The position numbers and the translations under genes are program-made. Below are positions 29,705 through 38,041 of a stretch of 64,000 nt of DNA, piece after piece. The notes beneath the pieces were generated by a model. That model was given only the letters and a program-made list of their open reading frames with translations. It did no database searches and was not told where the DNA came from. The DNA is from Candidatus Iainarchaeum sp. (GTDB lineage: Archaea > Iainarchaeota > Iainarchaeia > Iainarchaeales > UBA10219): positions 138,413 through 202,412 of the forward strand of contig JAGVWE010000003.1 in the NCBI GenBank assembly GCA_018304425.1, given 5' to 3'. Each line of letters opens with the position of its first letter. The first letter of the stretch is position 1.

Positions 29705-31045
29705 AGGCACGGGCTGCGCGGCCGGTGGCTGCTGGGGTTGTGCTCCGGAAACGGGTTGCGGTTTTTCCTGCACGGCTTCCTTGGAGGCGAAGACGGCCAG
29801 GCCATCGTTCAACAAAAACGAGTCCAGGGAACGCTGGTTGGCGTGCGTGATAATGGTTTGCATGACGGCCTCCTTTTCCGCCAAGAACAACAGCACGTTC
29901 TTTTCCTTGCCCAAAACGAGGGCCACGATGCCTGAACCCTCGTGATCCAGCTCAATGCCGTTGACGGAAAGCGCGGGCTCCGTGGTCAAGCCGATGGCAG
30001 CCGCGTTCTCCCCCACCAGGTTCTTGGAACCGAAATCCGTGACAATGATTTGGTTGGCCGCGGCCGATGCCGGGCCCTGGCCCTGGCCCGGCGCCACGAC
30101 ATTGGCTTCCAAGCCCTTTCCGTCCAGCAGCCCCTTGAGGGCCAGCGCCACCCGCAGGAACTTCGGGGAATACACGATGTCCACGCGTCCCCTGAACAGG
30201 TAGGGGAAGTCCCTGAGCGAGGGCCGCTTGTTGGCGGAGACCAGCCACTGCGCGAGGTTGCTGGCGAACTGCTTGTTGCCGGCCGACTCGTTGAATTGGT
30301 CGCTCAAAAAGGTCTGGTCGCAGAGGGCAAGCACGCCCCCGTTCAAGGCGACCGGCGAAAACGAGGCCCGGGACTCGATGGCGGTTGATTTCGTTCCCTT
30401 GGAGGAGAACACGATGCCTTTCTCGTTGGGCGCCACGCTGCACGCGATGTAAAAGGCGAGCTTCTTCACTCCCTTGAAGAGCGCGTTGCCCGCGAACTGG
30501 CTGAAGTACGGGTAGCGGAAGTTGCCGTCGTTTTCCCCGAAGTCATACAAGTAACCGGATTCGAAGAACAAGTCAAAGGCCGTGGCCAGGGAATTGGCTT
30601 GATGGCTTTTCTCGGGGTCCGCGATCAAAAGGATGCGGCCGCCCCGCGAAGCAAACCGCTGGACGACAACGATTTCCTGTTCCTGGAACGCCTTGACCGA
30701 CTGGATGGACACGAAGGCGCTGGCTTCCGCGAGCTTGTCCTCCAAGAGGTTCCCGTCCGCCACATACTCGACGCGGTAGCCCTTGGAGGCCAGGGAAGAA
30801 AAAAAGCCCGAGAAATTCCGTTCATCAAAGGCGTTGTCATGCGCCCGGTCCACCAAGACCATTCCGTCTCCTTGCGCGAACTTTTCCCTGAACTCCTGCA
30901 CCGGGGCTTCCGGAACGGAAATGTCGAGGTTGTGGAGGACGGTCTTCGGCGGCACGTAAACGCCCCTATAGTACAAGAGGGCGTGGGCCGCCAAAACCAG
31001 CAAAACCAGGGCAACGAACAGTTTCACGTGCTTTTTTCCGTTCAT
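29693..31045 (-). CDS. Membrane-anchored DUF4350/GldG-like protein
   Basis: TM, then VLVDRAHDN...RGGRILLIADP...NKQFASNLAQWL. Coupled to sppA. Confidence 0.75.
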   Translation of the reverse strand: MNGKKHVKLFVALVLLVLAAHALLYYRGVYVPPKTVLHNLDISVPEAPVQEFREKFAQGDGMVLVDRAHDNAFDERNFSGFFSSLASKGYRVEYVADGNLLEDKLAEASAFVSIQSVKAFQEQEIVVVQRFASRGGRILLIADPEKSHQANSLATAFDLFFESGYLYDFGENDGNFRYPYFSQFAGNALFKGVKKLAFYIACSVAPNEKGIVFSSKGTKSTAIESRASFSPVALNGGVLALCDQTFLSDQFNESAGNKQFASNLAQWLVSANKRPSLRDFPYLFRGRVDIVYSPKFLRVALALKGLLDGKGLEANVVAPGQGQGPASAAANQIIVTDFGSKNLVGENAAAIGLTTEPALSVNGIELDHEGSGIVALVLGKEKNVLLFLAEKEAVMQTIITHANQRSLDSFLLNDGLAVFASKEAVQEKPQPVSGAQPQQPPAAQPVPSSK

Positions 31046-31047
31046 GT

Positions 31048-31902
31048 TCAGCCCTCGTGCTCCACGTACAAGAAGTAATTGGCCGGAACCGTGTTGGTCT
31101 TCGGGCTCAACTGGTTTTCGTCGACGAACAACACGACTTGCACGCCCTGCTTCTTCTTGCCCATCCACTCGCTTACATCCCTCACCCGGTAATGGACGAT
31201 GCCGGCGAGTTCCGCCGCCTTTTCGAGGGCGCGAATCCCCGAGCCGATTTCGTCGACCAAGCCGTACTTCACGGCCTCCATGCCCTTGTAGACCTGGGCT
31301 TCGGCGATGACTTCCTTGGGCAGCTTAAGCCTTCCCTGCCGTTGTTCGACGACGGCGTTGAGGAAGCTCTCCTTTATCAACTCCACTTGCCGCGCGTAGT
31401 GCCGCTTGCCGGTCCGCTGGCCCTTGAAGGGCCCGGTGATGATCTTGTTTTCGCCGACTTCCTCGGGCTCGGGCAACGACGAAATCACGCCCACGCCCCC
31501 GATGTCACTGGAAGGCTTGGCGACCACGTAGTTGGCGGCCACCGAGGCATAGTAGGCGCCGCTGGCCGCAATCTGCTCGACTTCCACCACCACGGGCTTG
31601 GCCTTCCGCAACTCCAGGAGGCTCAGGTAGAGGTCCTCGGAGGCCGCCGCTTCGCCGCCCGGGCTGTTGACCCTGACCACCACGGCCTTGATTTCCGGGT
31701 TCTCCCGGGCAAACCGCACCTGCTCGGAAAAGTCTTCGGCGAACGCGGAATTGATTTCGGCCTTCAAGTCCAGGGTGCCAATCACGGGCTGGGGCACGAG
31801 GTAAGAGGCCAATACCAGGCCAAACGCCAGGGCCAAGGCCATGGTCAAAGGCAGTGAGTGCCTGCGCCAAAAGCGTTTAACGGGTTCCCAGCTGTTCTCC
31901 AT
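31048..31902 (-). CDS. sppA: Signal peptide peptidase SppA (S49)
   Basis: VRVNSPGG, AASGAYY, IGGVGV, GLVDEIG motifs. Confidence 0.92.
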   Translation of the reverse strand: MENSWEPVKRFWRRHSLPLTMALALAFGLVLASYLVPQPVIGTLDLKAEINSAFAEDFSEQVRFARENPEIKAVVVRVNSPGGEAAASEDLYLSLLELRKAKPVVVEVEQIAASGAYYASVAANYVVAKPSSDIGGVGVISSLPEPEEVGENKIITGPFKGQRTGKRHYARQVELIKESFLNAVVEQRQGRLKLPKEVIAEAQVYKGMEAVKYGLVDEIGSGIRALEKAAELAGIVHYRVRDVSEWMGKKKQGVQVVLFVDENQLSPKTNTVPANYFLYVEHEG

Positions 31903-31970
31903 ACCTTACCGCTCCCGCACTAAAATAGCCTGGATTGAGTTTAAAAGGGTTTCACACGAGAAATCTGGAA

Positions 31971-32152
31971 GCCCAGGCCAACGAAGAGAGGCCTACCGCC
32001 CCATTGAACCCTGCGGGTGAAATGGGGCACGTCCGCAAGTGCCAGTTGACCAGGGCAGTGTCCTGCAAGGCAGGACACGTTTCCCCGAAGACACAGTCTT
32101 CGGGGCCTCGTCCCCAAGGGGACAAGGTCGCAGGCCTTTTGTAAAAAGGCCT
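31971..32152 (+). ncRNA. Putative structured RNA or hairpin cluster forming the tRNA-Val leader
   Basis: Six consecutive hairpins between TATA tttaaaa (~31940) and the tRNA. Confidence 0.4.
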
Positions 32153-32153
32153 T

Positions 32154-32225
32154 GGGCGCGTGGTCTATCGGTATGACGTCGCCTTCACACGGCGGAGGTA
32201 GTCGGTTCAATTCCGGCCGCGCCCA
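32154..32225 (+). tRNA. tRNA-Val (CAC)
   Basis: Acceptor GGGCGCG/CGCGCCC+A, anticodon arm TCGCC-TTCACAC-GGCGG, T arm GTCGG-TTCAATT-CCGGC. Confidence 0.93.
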
Positions 32226-32306
32226 TTTCTTCCCTTTTTTCCAAGTGCGTGGCCTGCGGTCGGCGAAGGCAAAAGGTTTTATGCACGCACCCCCCACCAA
32301 GTATAT

Positions 32307-32771
32307 ATGAAGAAGGGAACGCCTGGATGGAATCCCCTGCAGAAGGGAAGGCGAACACCCAAGAGGAAACTGCGCCTGCTCGCGGCGAAGCGGCACGCGC
32401 CTCCCGCTGACGTAGTCGCGCGGATGTCCCCAGAGAAACAGTTGGCGTTCGCGGCCAGGGAACTACACATTTTCCACCAGGTGCCAAGGTTCCTGAGGGA
32501 AGCGATCTGCCGGCAGGTATTCGAGTACATGACGGATGAAGTGGCGCGGCTCAGCCGGGCGCGGATGCGGTTGGGCACGCGGCTGAGGCAGACCCGCGGG
32601 TCAGCCAAGGCAGTGGCACGCGCAAAAACCAAACTGGATGAATTGGATGCGGAAATCGGCTGGCTTGAAAAAATCCGGGATGAACCGTCCGAGCAATGGA
32701 TAGAGGCCGAGAACTGGATCCGGGCGAAGCGCAGGGAACTCCTCAGGCAGGGCATCCTGAAAAAGGGGTAA
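32307..32771 (+). CDS. Arg/Lys-rich orphan protein
   Basis: Starts MKKGTPGWNPLQKGRRTPKRKLR. TATA ttttat ~25 nt upstream. Confidence 0.65.
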   Translation: MKKGTPGWNPLQKGRRTPKRKLRLLAAKRHAPPADVVARMSPEKQLAFAARELHIFHQVPRFLREAICRQVFEYMTDEVARLSRARMRLGTRLRQTRGSAKAVARAKTKLDELDAEIGWLEKIRDEPSEQWIEAENWIRAKRRELLRQGILKKG

Positions 32772-32828
32772 GGCTGCCTGGGCCAGGCGAACCGTTTTAA
32801 GACCTTGGATGCAAGTGGAGTGGGAAAC

Positions 32829-33500
32829 ATGCTCGAATCCCTGCCAAGCCTTTCATTCGCCTTCCTGGCCCTCGCGTTGGGCTTCAAGCACAGCTATGAC
32901 GCTGACCACATCGTGGCCGTTGCCAACCTCCTCCGAAAGTCGAAGTCGTTGCGGGAAGCCCTGGGCATGAGCGTCAGTTGGAGCCTGGGCCACATGCTCA
33001 CGGCTTCCGGCATCACCGCGTTCCTCTACGTGTTCCGGGAATCCGTGCTCCGCTTGCTGCTCGAAAAATTCGAGTTGCTGGTGGCCGTGATGCTGATTGG
33101 CCTGGGCCTCTACAGCCTCTACGACTTGACGCGGTTCCACCGGCACGAGCACGAAGGCGAAAGCGGAAAGCACGCGCACCTCCACGTGCACGCGAAGAAC
33201 GAGCAAGGCAGGCACCTGCACCAGCACATGTTCGGCATCGGCATCGTGCACGGCCTCGCCAGCAACGACGAACTCCTCATCCTCTTGACGGCCTCGCTGG
33301 GCCTGAACTCCCTGGCCGGGATGCTGGCCGGAACCGCCTTGTTCAGCGTTGGAGTGGTTGCGGGCATGATGGTGTTTGCCGTGGTTTTCACGTACCCCTT
33401 GTTCCGCGCGCACTCCGACAAGCTCTACGCCGCGTTCACGGTGTTGGTAGCCCTGGCCAGCATAGCCTATGGCTGGTTGATGCTGCGCGGGCTGGCCTGA
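32829..33500 (+). CDS. Nickel/cobalt transporter (NiCoT/UreH-like)
   Basis: GFKHSYDADH, WSLGH, His-rich loop, GIVHGLAS. Confidence 0.9.
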   Translation: MLESLPSLSFAFLALALGFKHSYDADHIVAVANLLRKSKSLREALGMSVSWSLGHMLTASGITAFLYVFRESVLRLLLEKFELLVAVMLIGLGLYSLYDLTRFHRHEHEGESGKHAHLHVHAKNEQGRHLHQHMFGIGIVHGLASNDELLILLTASLGLNSLAGMLAGTALFSVGVVAGMMVFAVVFTYPLFRAHSDKLYAAFTVLVALASIAYGWLMLRGLA

Positions 33501-33543
33501 ACCGGGCGGGCAAAACCTTAATAACCCGTTAAGCCAATAATCT

Positions 33544-33632
33544 GCTGAGGGGCGACCCGGAAAAGGCGGCGCTAATTTCAAGCTCCCCAAGATTGAAATG
33601 CCGCGCAATAAGAAGGGCACGCGCTCCTTAGC
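33544..33632 (+). ncRNA. Unrecognised structured RNA motif, copy 1 (5' leader of the YncE-like gene)
   Basis: Four nested stems with compensatory changes relative to copy 2. Starts ~20 nt after TATA cttaataa. Confidence 0.7.
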
Positions 33633-33654
33633 CACTTATTTGAGGCGCTCGGAC

Positions 33655-34728
33655 ATGAAGCTACCCCTTGCCACAGGCGTTTTGCTGCTTGTTTTGCTGC
33701 TGGGATGCACGAGCCCGCCAAAAACGGGGCCGGAGCGCGCGGTCTATGTCGCCAACGAAAAAGGCGCCAGTCTCTCGGTCGTTGATGCGGCAACCAACAA
33801 AGTCGTGGAAACGATTGCATTGGGCGGCCACCCGCACAACGTCAACGTGAGCGCCGACGGGAAATACTTCTTCGCCACCAACCACTCCGAAGACGAGGAA
33901 GAAGAAGCGGGGAAAAAGGAGGAAACAGAGCACGACGACCACCATGCCGGTGGCGAAAGCTTTGTCCGCATCCTGGACGCGCGAACGTTGCAACTCGTGA
34001 ACTCGATTGCGCTGGAACAATTCGGCGCCCACGTCGTGCCAAGCCACGATGGCAGGAGCCTGTTCGCCTCTGACCAGGGCGCGGACTTCCTGGAAGTCCT
34101 TGACCTGGAGGAAGGCACCAGGCTGTCGCGCATCAAGACCGGGCATGGGCCGCACGGCTTCGTGGTGAGCCCGAACGACCAATTCGTTTACACGCCCAAC
34201 GTGGCAAGCAACGACATAACGGTCATCGACGTTGCGGCGCAAGAAGCGATTGGGACCATTGTCCCGGAATACGGCGGACACGCCTGCGAAAAACCCGTGG
34301 CCATGGGCATTGACACAGGAGGCCGTTATGGTGTTGTTACTTGCGGCGGCAGCTTCGACGCCTACAAGATAGATTTCGCGGAAAAGAAAGCCGTAGGCCG
34401 CGTGGAGTTCAGGAAAGGGGAATACCCAGGCCCCATCCAAACACCCTTACACCCCGACGGAAAAACCCTCTACATCCCGGACATGCGGAACGGCGTGGTG
34501 CACAAGGTTGACTTCGAGTCCTTCAAGCTGTTGAAAGATATCCCTGTAGGAAAGGGCGCGCACGGCATCGCCTTCAGCGCCGACGGGAAAACGGCTTACA
34601 TCACCCTGACCTGGGAGAACGCCCTGGCCGTCCTTGACCTGGCTACGGAGCAGGTCAGGGCCCGCATCCCGGTGGGCGAGGAACCCAACGGCGTGGCCGT
34701 GCGGGGCGGAAAGAACCAGGGATGGTAG
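33655..34728 (+). CDS. YncE/YVTN-type beta-propeller lipoprotein
   Basis: LLGC lipobox, VYVAN, PH.V..S.DG blade repeats, His/acidic insert EHDDHH. Confidence 0.9.
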   Translation: MKLPLATGVLLLVLLLGCTSPPKTGPERAVYVANEKGASLSVVDAATNKVVETIALGGHPHNVNVSADGKYFFATNHSEDEEEEAGKKEETEHDDHHAGGESFVRILDARTLQLVNSIALEQFGAHVVPSHDGRSLFASDQGADFLEVLDLEEGTRLSRIKTGHGPHGFVVSPNDQFVYTPNVASNDITVIDVAAQEAIGTIVPEYGGHACEKPVAMGIDTGGRYGVVTCGGSFDAYKIDFAEKKAVGRVEFRKGEYPGPIQTPLHPDGKTLYIPDMRNGVVHKVDFESFKLLKDIPVGKGAHGIAFSADGKTAYITLTWENALAVLDLATEQVRARIPVGEEPNGVAVRGGKNQGW

Positions 34729-34730
34729 CG

Positions 34731-35069
34731 TCAAATGGATTGGACCGGGGGCGTTGTGCCGAAGAAGAAGGCAGCCGCTCCAACCAAAGCAAACAGGACT
34801 CCCATTCCCAGGAACACCCAGAAAAACAGGCTGCCGCCTCCAAGGAACGCCTCGACTGGTTGGGCTTCATATGGATTCCCTGGGTTGACTTTTACCGCCA
34901 ACGTTGAACCCGGTGAGTGTTCGTCCGCATAGCGTTGGGCGGCACCGTAATCGCCAGAACCGGGGGACGTGTAAGCGTTCGTGTATTCTTTTCCCTGATA
35001 AGTGAATTTGTATTTCAGGATGCTGCCCCACGCGATGCCGGTGTCCTTGACCCAGCCAAGCCAGCCCAA
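34731..35069 (-). pseudogene. 5'-truncated DUF3592-like paralog
   Basis: Aligns to the C-terminal ~100 aa of 35301-35813 (DYGAAQRY.DEH, VKVNP). Lacks the first TM. Confidence 0.65.
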
Positions 35070-35130
35070 GCCCCAGAAAGCCTTAATAAGCAGTTAGCGC
35101 CTATAATGTGATTGAAAGTGGTTGGAAAAA

Positions 35131-35216
35131 TAAGGAGCCACCTGGAAAAAGCGGTCCTCTTTCAAGCTCCCCAAGATTGAATCAAACCGCATAATAAGCA
35201 AGGCAACGGCTCCTTA
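35131..35216 (+). ncRNA. Unrecognised structured RNA motif, copy 2 (stand-alone)
   Basis: TAAGGAGCC/GGCTCCTTA closing stem and identical TTCAAGCTCCCCAAGATTGAA apex. Confidence 0.7.
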
Positions 35217-35300
35217 CAATCCATTCGCCAGCTAGTTCTTCGAATACGGTTTCAAGGCAGCCAGCAGGCGACAAAAAAGGGGTTAACCTCCCTGCAGGGG

Positions 35301-35813
35301 TTAAAGGTTTTGGCCGGCAGCCGGGGCCACGCCCAGGAATAATACCGCTGCGCCAATCAAGGCAAACCCGATGCCCATGCCGAGGAAAATCATCATAGCC
35401 AACCCCATTCCGCCCAGCAAGGCATCCGCGGGATGGGAGTCATAGGGGTCGGCCGGGTTGACTTTCACTTGAATCGGGGTTCCCGAAAGGTGCTCGTCCG
35501 TGTACCGCTGCGCGGCCCCATAGTCGCTGGAACTCGGTGAATTGAAAGCATTCGTGTAGTCTTTGCCCTCGAACGTGAAAGAATACTTGAGCGTGTTGCC
35601 CCAGGTGACGCTCGAGCCACTGCGCCCCGTGGAACGGTCCTCGAACACGCTGGACTCCACGACCCTGGCATCTATGGAAACCCAGGGCGTGGTCTGCTCC
35701 TTGTACAAGAAGTAACCGCCTAGGCCGGCAAAAACGAGGCCCACCACCAAGAAAAGGGCTCCAACCAGTTTCGGGTTATTGGTTTGATACGAATACAATT
35801 GCATGCAAGGCAA
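35301..35813 (-). CDS. DUF3592-like membrane protein
   Basis: TM, beta domain (W...ARVVESSV...YSFTFEGKDY...VKVNPADP), TM. Confidence 0.8.
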   Translation of the reverse strand: MPCMQLYSYQTNNPKLVGALFLVVGLVFAGLGGYFLYKEQTTPWVSIDARVVESSVFEDRSTGRSGSSVTWGNTLKYSFTFEGKDYTNAFNSPSSSDYGAAQRYTDEHLSGTPIQVKVNPADPYDSHPADALLGGMGLAMMIFLGMGIGFALIGAAVLFLGVAPAAGQNL

Positions 35814-35883
35814 TAGAAGACCATGGACCTATTTAAAGGTTCCTCCAATGGCAGCTGAGAGTGCACGGGGCAGACCTTTTTAC

Positions 35884-36050
35884 AACCATCAAAAGCTTCG
35901 CTTTTGGTGGCGTCGTCCACGAAGTGGACAACGAAGCCCTGGGAAAACGTCCCCTGCGCGGCAGGGGGCTGGCTTGGCCTATCGGCCTCGCTATTTATGG
36001 CCCACCATCAAAACCTTCGGTTTTGGTGGCCTCGTCCACGAAGTGGACAA
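35884..36050. repeat. Two ~48-bp REP-like double-hairpin repeats
   Basis: accatcaaaaScttcgSttttggtggcStcgtccacgaagtggacaa at ~35885 and ~36004. Confidence 0.8.
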
Positions 36051-36103
36051 GGTCTTTAGATGGGCCGACGTATAGCGCGCAGCCGCCGCTATCGTGCGGC
36101 TAA

Positions 36104-36187
36104 TGCACGGGGCAGGATTCGAACCTGCGCACGCACTGAGCGACCGGGTTCTAAGCCCGGCGGATTTGGCCGCTTTCCTACCCGTGC
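36104..36187 (-). tRNA. tRNA-Leu (UAG)
   Basis: Acceptor GCACGGG/CCCGTGC+A, anticodon arm CCGGG-CTTAGAA-CCCGG, long variable arm, T arm GCAGG-TTCGAAT-CCTGC. Confidence 0.92.
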
Positions 36188-36228
36188 AGCAAGAGGATGG
36201 CTCAGGCTTATTTAAGGCGAGCCTGAAT

Positions 36229-36387
36229 TTAAAGTAGTAGTTCGGATAAATAGAGCGACTGGGCCTCATGAACGTTGCACAGGGCTTCCGCTTTGGTCTC
36301 GCCCTGTGAAATGCATCCCGGCAGTTCTGGGATGTAAACCGTGTACCCGCCCTCTTCTTGGGCTTCAAGAACCACATGCAATTTCAT
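36229..36387 (-). CDS. HicB-family antitoxin, solo (absent from the ORF track)
   Basis: Manual translation MKLHVVLEAQEEGGYTVYIPELPGCISQGETKAEALCNVHEAQSLYLSELLL*. Confidence 0.85.
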   Translation of the reverse strand: MKLHVVLEAQEEGGYTVYIPELPGCISQGETKAEALCNVHEAQSLYLSELLL

Positions 36388-36437
36388 GACAACCAAGGAA
36401 TATAGGTGCTTAGCTTATTTAAAAACATTTGGCCTGT

Positions 36438-37010
36438 TCAGCCCAGCTTATGCCGTTTAAGCCATCTCGCCAGCTTCTTGGCGGCCACGGCCCGGTGGCT
36501 GAACTTGTTTTTCTCGGCCAAGGGCATCTCGACGATGGTCTTCGAATAGCCTTCGGGGATGAAGAGCTTCTCGTAGGCCAGGCGCTTGGAGTGCGGCTTC
36601 TTCAGCTTCGAGCCCATGCTACCCTCCAGCGTGCCCACGAACAGCTTGCGCTGGTTCTTGCGCTTGCCCCACTGGAGGACGATAACAACCTTGAACAACG
36701 CGCGCCGGTCCTCTCCCTGCAAGAGCTTGAGCAAGCCCTTGAACCCGATTCCCAAGTAGACGCGTTTGGCGAAGATGCCGGGAAAATCATGATAGGCCTT
36801 GAAGTAAATGCCGGTGTCCTCGACGATGACCGGCTTTTTCACGAGGGCATAGGCTTGCTCGGCCTTGTAGAGCGCCACCCTTTCCTGGGAGCCCACGTCC
36901 GGCTCCGCCAGCTCGGTGTCCACCTGCTCGACTTCAATGCCGTGGGAAGCCAGGACGTGCGCGACCTCTTCGACCTTGTGCTCGTTGGAAGTTACGAAAA
37001 AGAGTTTCAT
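36438..37010 (-). CDS. rdgB: Non-canonical purine NTP pyrophosphatase (RdgB/HAM1)
   Basis: FVTSNEHKVEE, VIVEDTG, FPG, KNKFSHR motifs. Confidence 0.93.
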   Translation of the reverse strand: MKLFFVTSNEHKVEEVAHVLASHGIEVEQVDTELAEPDVGSQERVALYKAEQAYALVKKPVIVEDTGIYFKAYHDFPGIFAKRVYLGIGFKGLLKLLQGEDRRALFKVVIVLQWGKRKNQRKLFVGTLEGSMGSKLKKPHSKRLAYEKLFIPEGYSKTIVEMPLAEKNKFSHRAVAAKKLARWLKRHKLG

Positions 37011-37026
37011 GTTGGTTCCCCGCCCT

Positions 37027-37974
37027 TCAGCCGAACATGTAGACTTCGGTGTCCCCGCCCTTCTTGTGCCAGACGCCCTTCTTGGACTGCTTGGGCTTGG
37101 GAAGGTCCTTCTTGTTGACCAGGGTACGGTAAGGGAACGGGATTTCCACGCCTTCGGCGTCAAACCGCTTTTTCACGGACTCCAGCAGGTCCATGGCCAT
37201 GAAATCGGCTATCTTCTGGTCCTTGGCCCAGTAAAAGAGGCGCAGGACGACGGCCGAATCGTCCAACTTGGCCACCTTGACGACCACGGACTGTTCCCCG
37301 TCGAAGACGCCCTGCTTCACCTTATAGGCAAAATAGTCCGGGTGCTTCCGCACCTCCGACTGGAGGATGGCCCGTGCCAGGTCGATGTCGGAATCGTAGC
37401 TGATGCCGAAGTCCAGCTGTTTGATGGCCTTCTCGTCCTTGATCGTGTGGTTGAAAATCAGCTCCTCGGTGATGATGGAATTGGGGATGATGACGCGCGC
37501 GTTCTCATTGGTGCGGATGACCGTATCCCGCAAGGTGATGTCCTCCACCTTCCCATAGATGTCCTTAACCTTGATGCGGTCCCCCACGCGGAAGGGCTGG
37601 TACATCGCGATGGTGACGCCGCCGATGATGTTGGAGGCAGCCTTTTGCGCCGCGAAACCGATGATGATCGCCAGGACACCGGCACCGGCGAAGAGGCTCA
37701 GGGTCAGCTGGCTCAGCTCAGGAACCAGGGAAATCGCAGAGATTATGCCGAACAACCAGATGAGCGCCACGACGATGCGCGCCGTGATGGTGTATTGCGT
37801 CTTGTTGAAATGGATTCGTTTGCTGGTCTTGTCAAAGACCCCCCGCAGGATGTTGCTCACCACGAGTGCCACCACGTACGTGATGAGGAGCACGAGGAAA
37901 GGCCCCAATACGTGCTCGTATTGGCCAAGGAAGTCAAGGGCCGTAGTCAAGTCAAGCAGTGCCATGCAAACCAT
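37027..37974 (-). CDS. mscS: Small-conductance mechanosensitive channel
   Basis: GFAAQ..SNIIGG, PFRVGDRI, IIPNS, IPFPYR. Confidence 0.95.
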   Translation of the reverse strand: MVCMALLDLTTALDFLGQYEHVLGPFLVLLITYVVALVVSNILRGVFDKTSKRIHFNKTQYTITARIVVALIWLFGIISAISLVPELSQLTLSLFAGAGVLAIIIGFAAQKAASNIIGGVTIAMYQPFRVGDRIKVKDIYGKVEDITLRDTVIRTNENARVIIPNSIITEELIFNHTIKDEKAIKQLDFGISYDSDIDLARAILQSEVRKHPDYFAYKVKQGVFDGEQSVVVKVAKLDDSAVVLRLFYWAKDQKIADFMAMDLLESVKKRFDAEGVEIPFPYRTLVNKKDLPKPKQSKKGVWHKKGGDTEVYMFG

Positions 37975-38041
37975 TCTAATAACGGCAATGAGCTATAATA
38001 GGCTTTGGGTTCGGAAAGGCAAACTCCTGGGCTGCCGCAAA

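Noticed and set aside
31971-32152. RNase P RNA, SRP RNA or 5S rRNA
   Set aside because: Lacks the GAGGAAAGUCC/P4 partner, the SRP helix-8 motif and 5S signatures.
33544-35216. DGR template/variable repeat pair, or H/ACA guide RNA
   Set aside because: Differences are not adenine-specific, neither copy lies in a gene 3' end, and no RT is present. There is no K-turn, and ACA follows only one copy.
35884-36050. Possible mini-CRISPR array
   Set aside because: Only two ~48-bp units, a ~70-bp structured spacer, and no cas genes in the window.
32154-36187. Integrated element between the inward-facing tRNA-Val and tRNA-Leu
   Set aside because: No integrase and no duplicated tRNA 3' end (att site) is visible.
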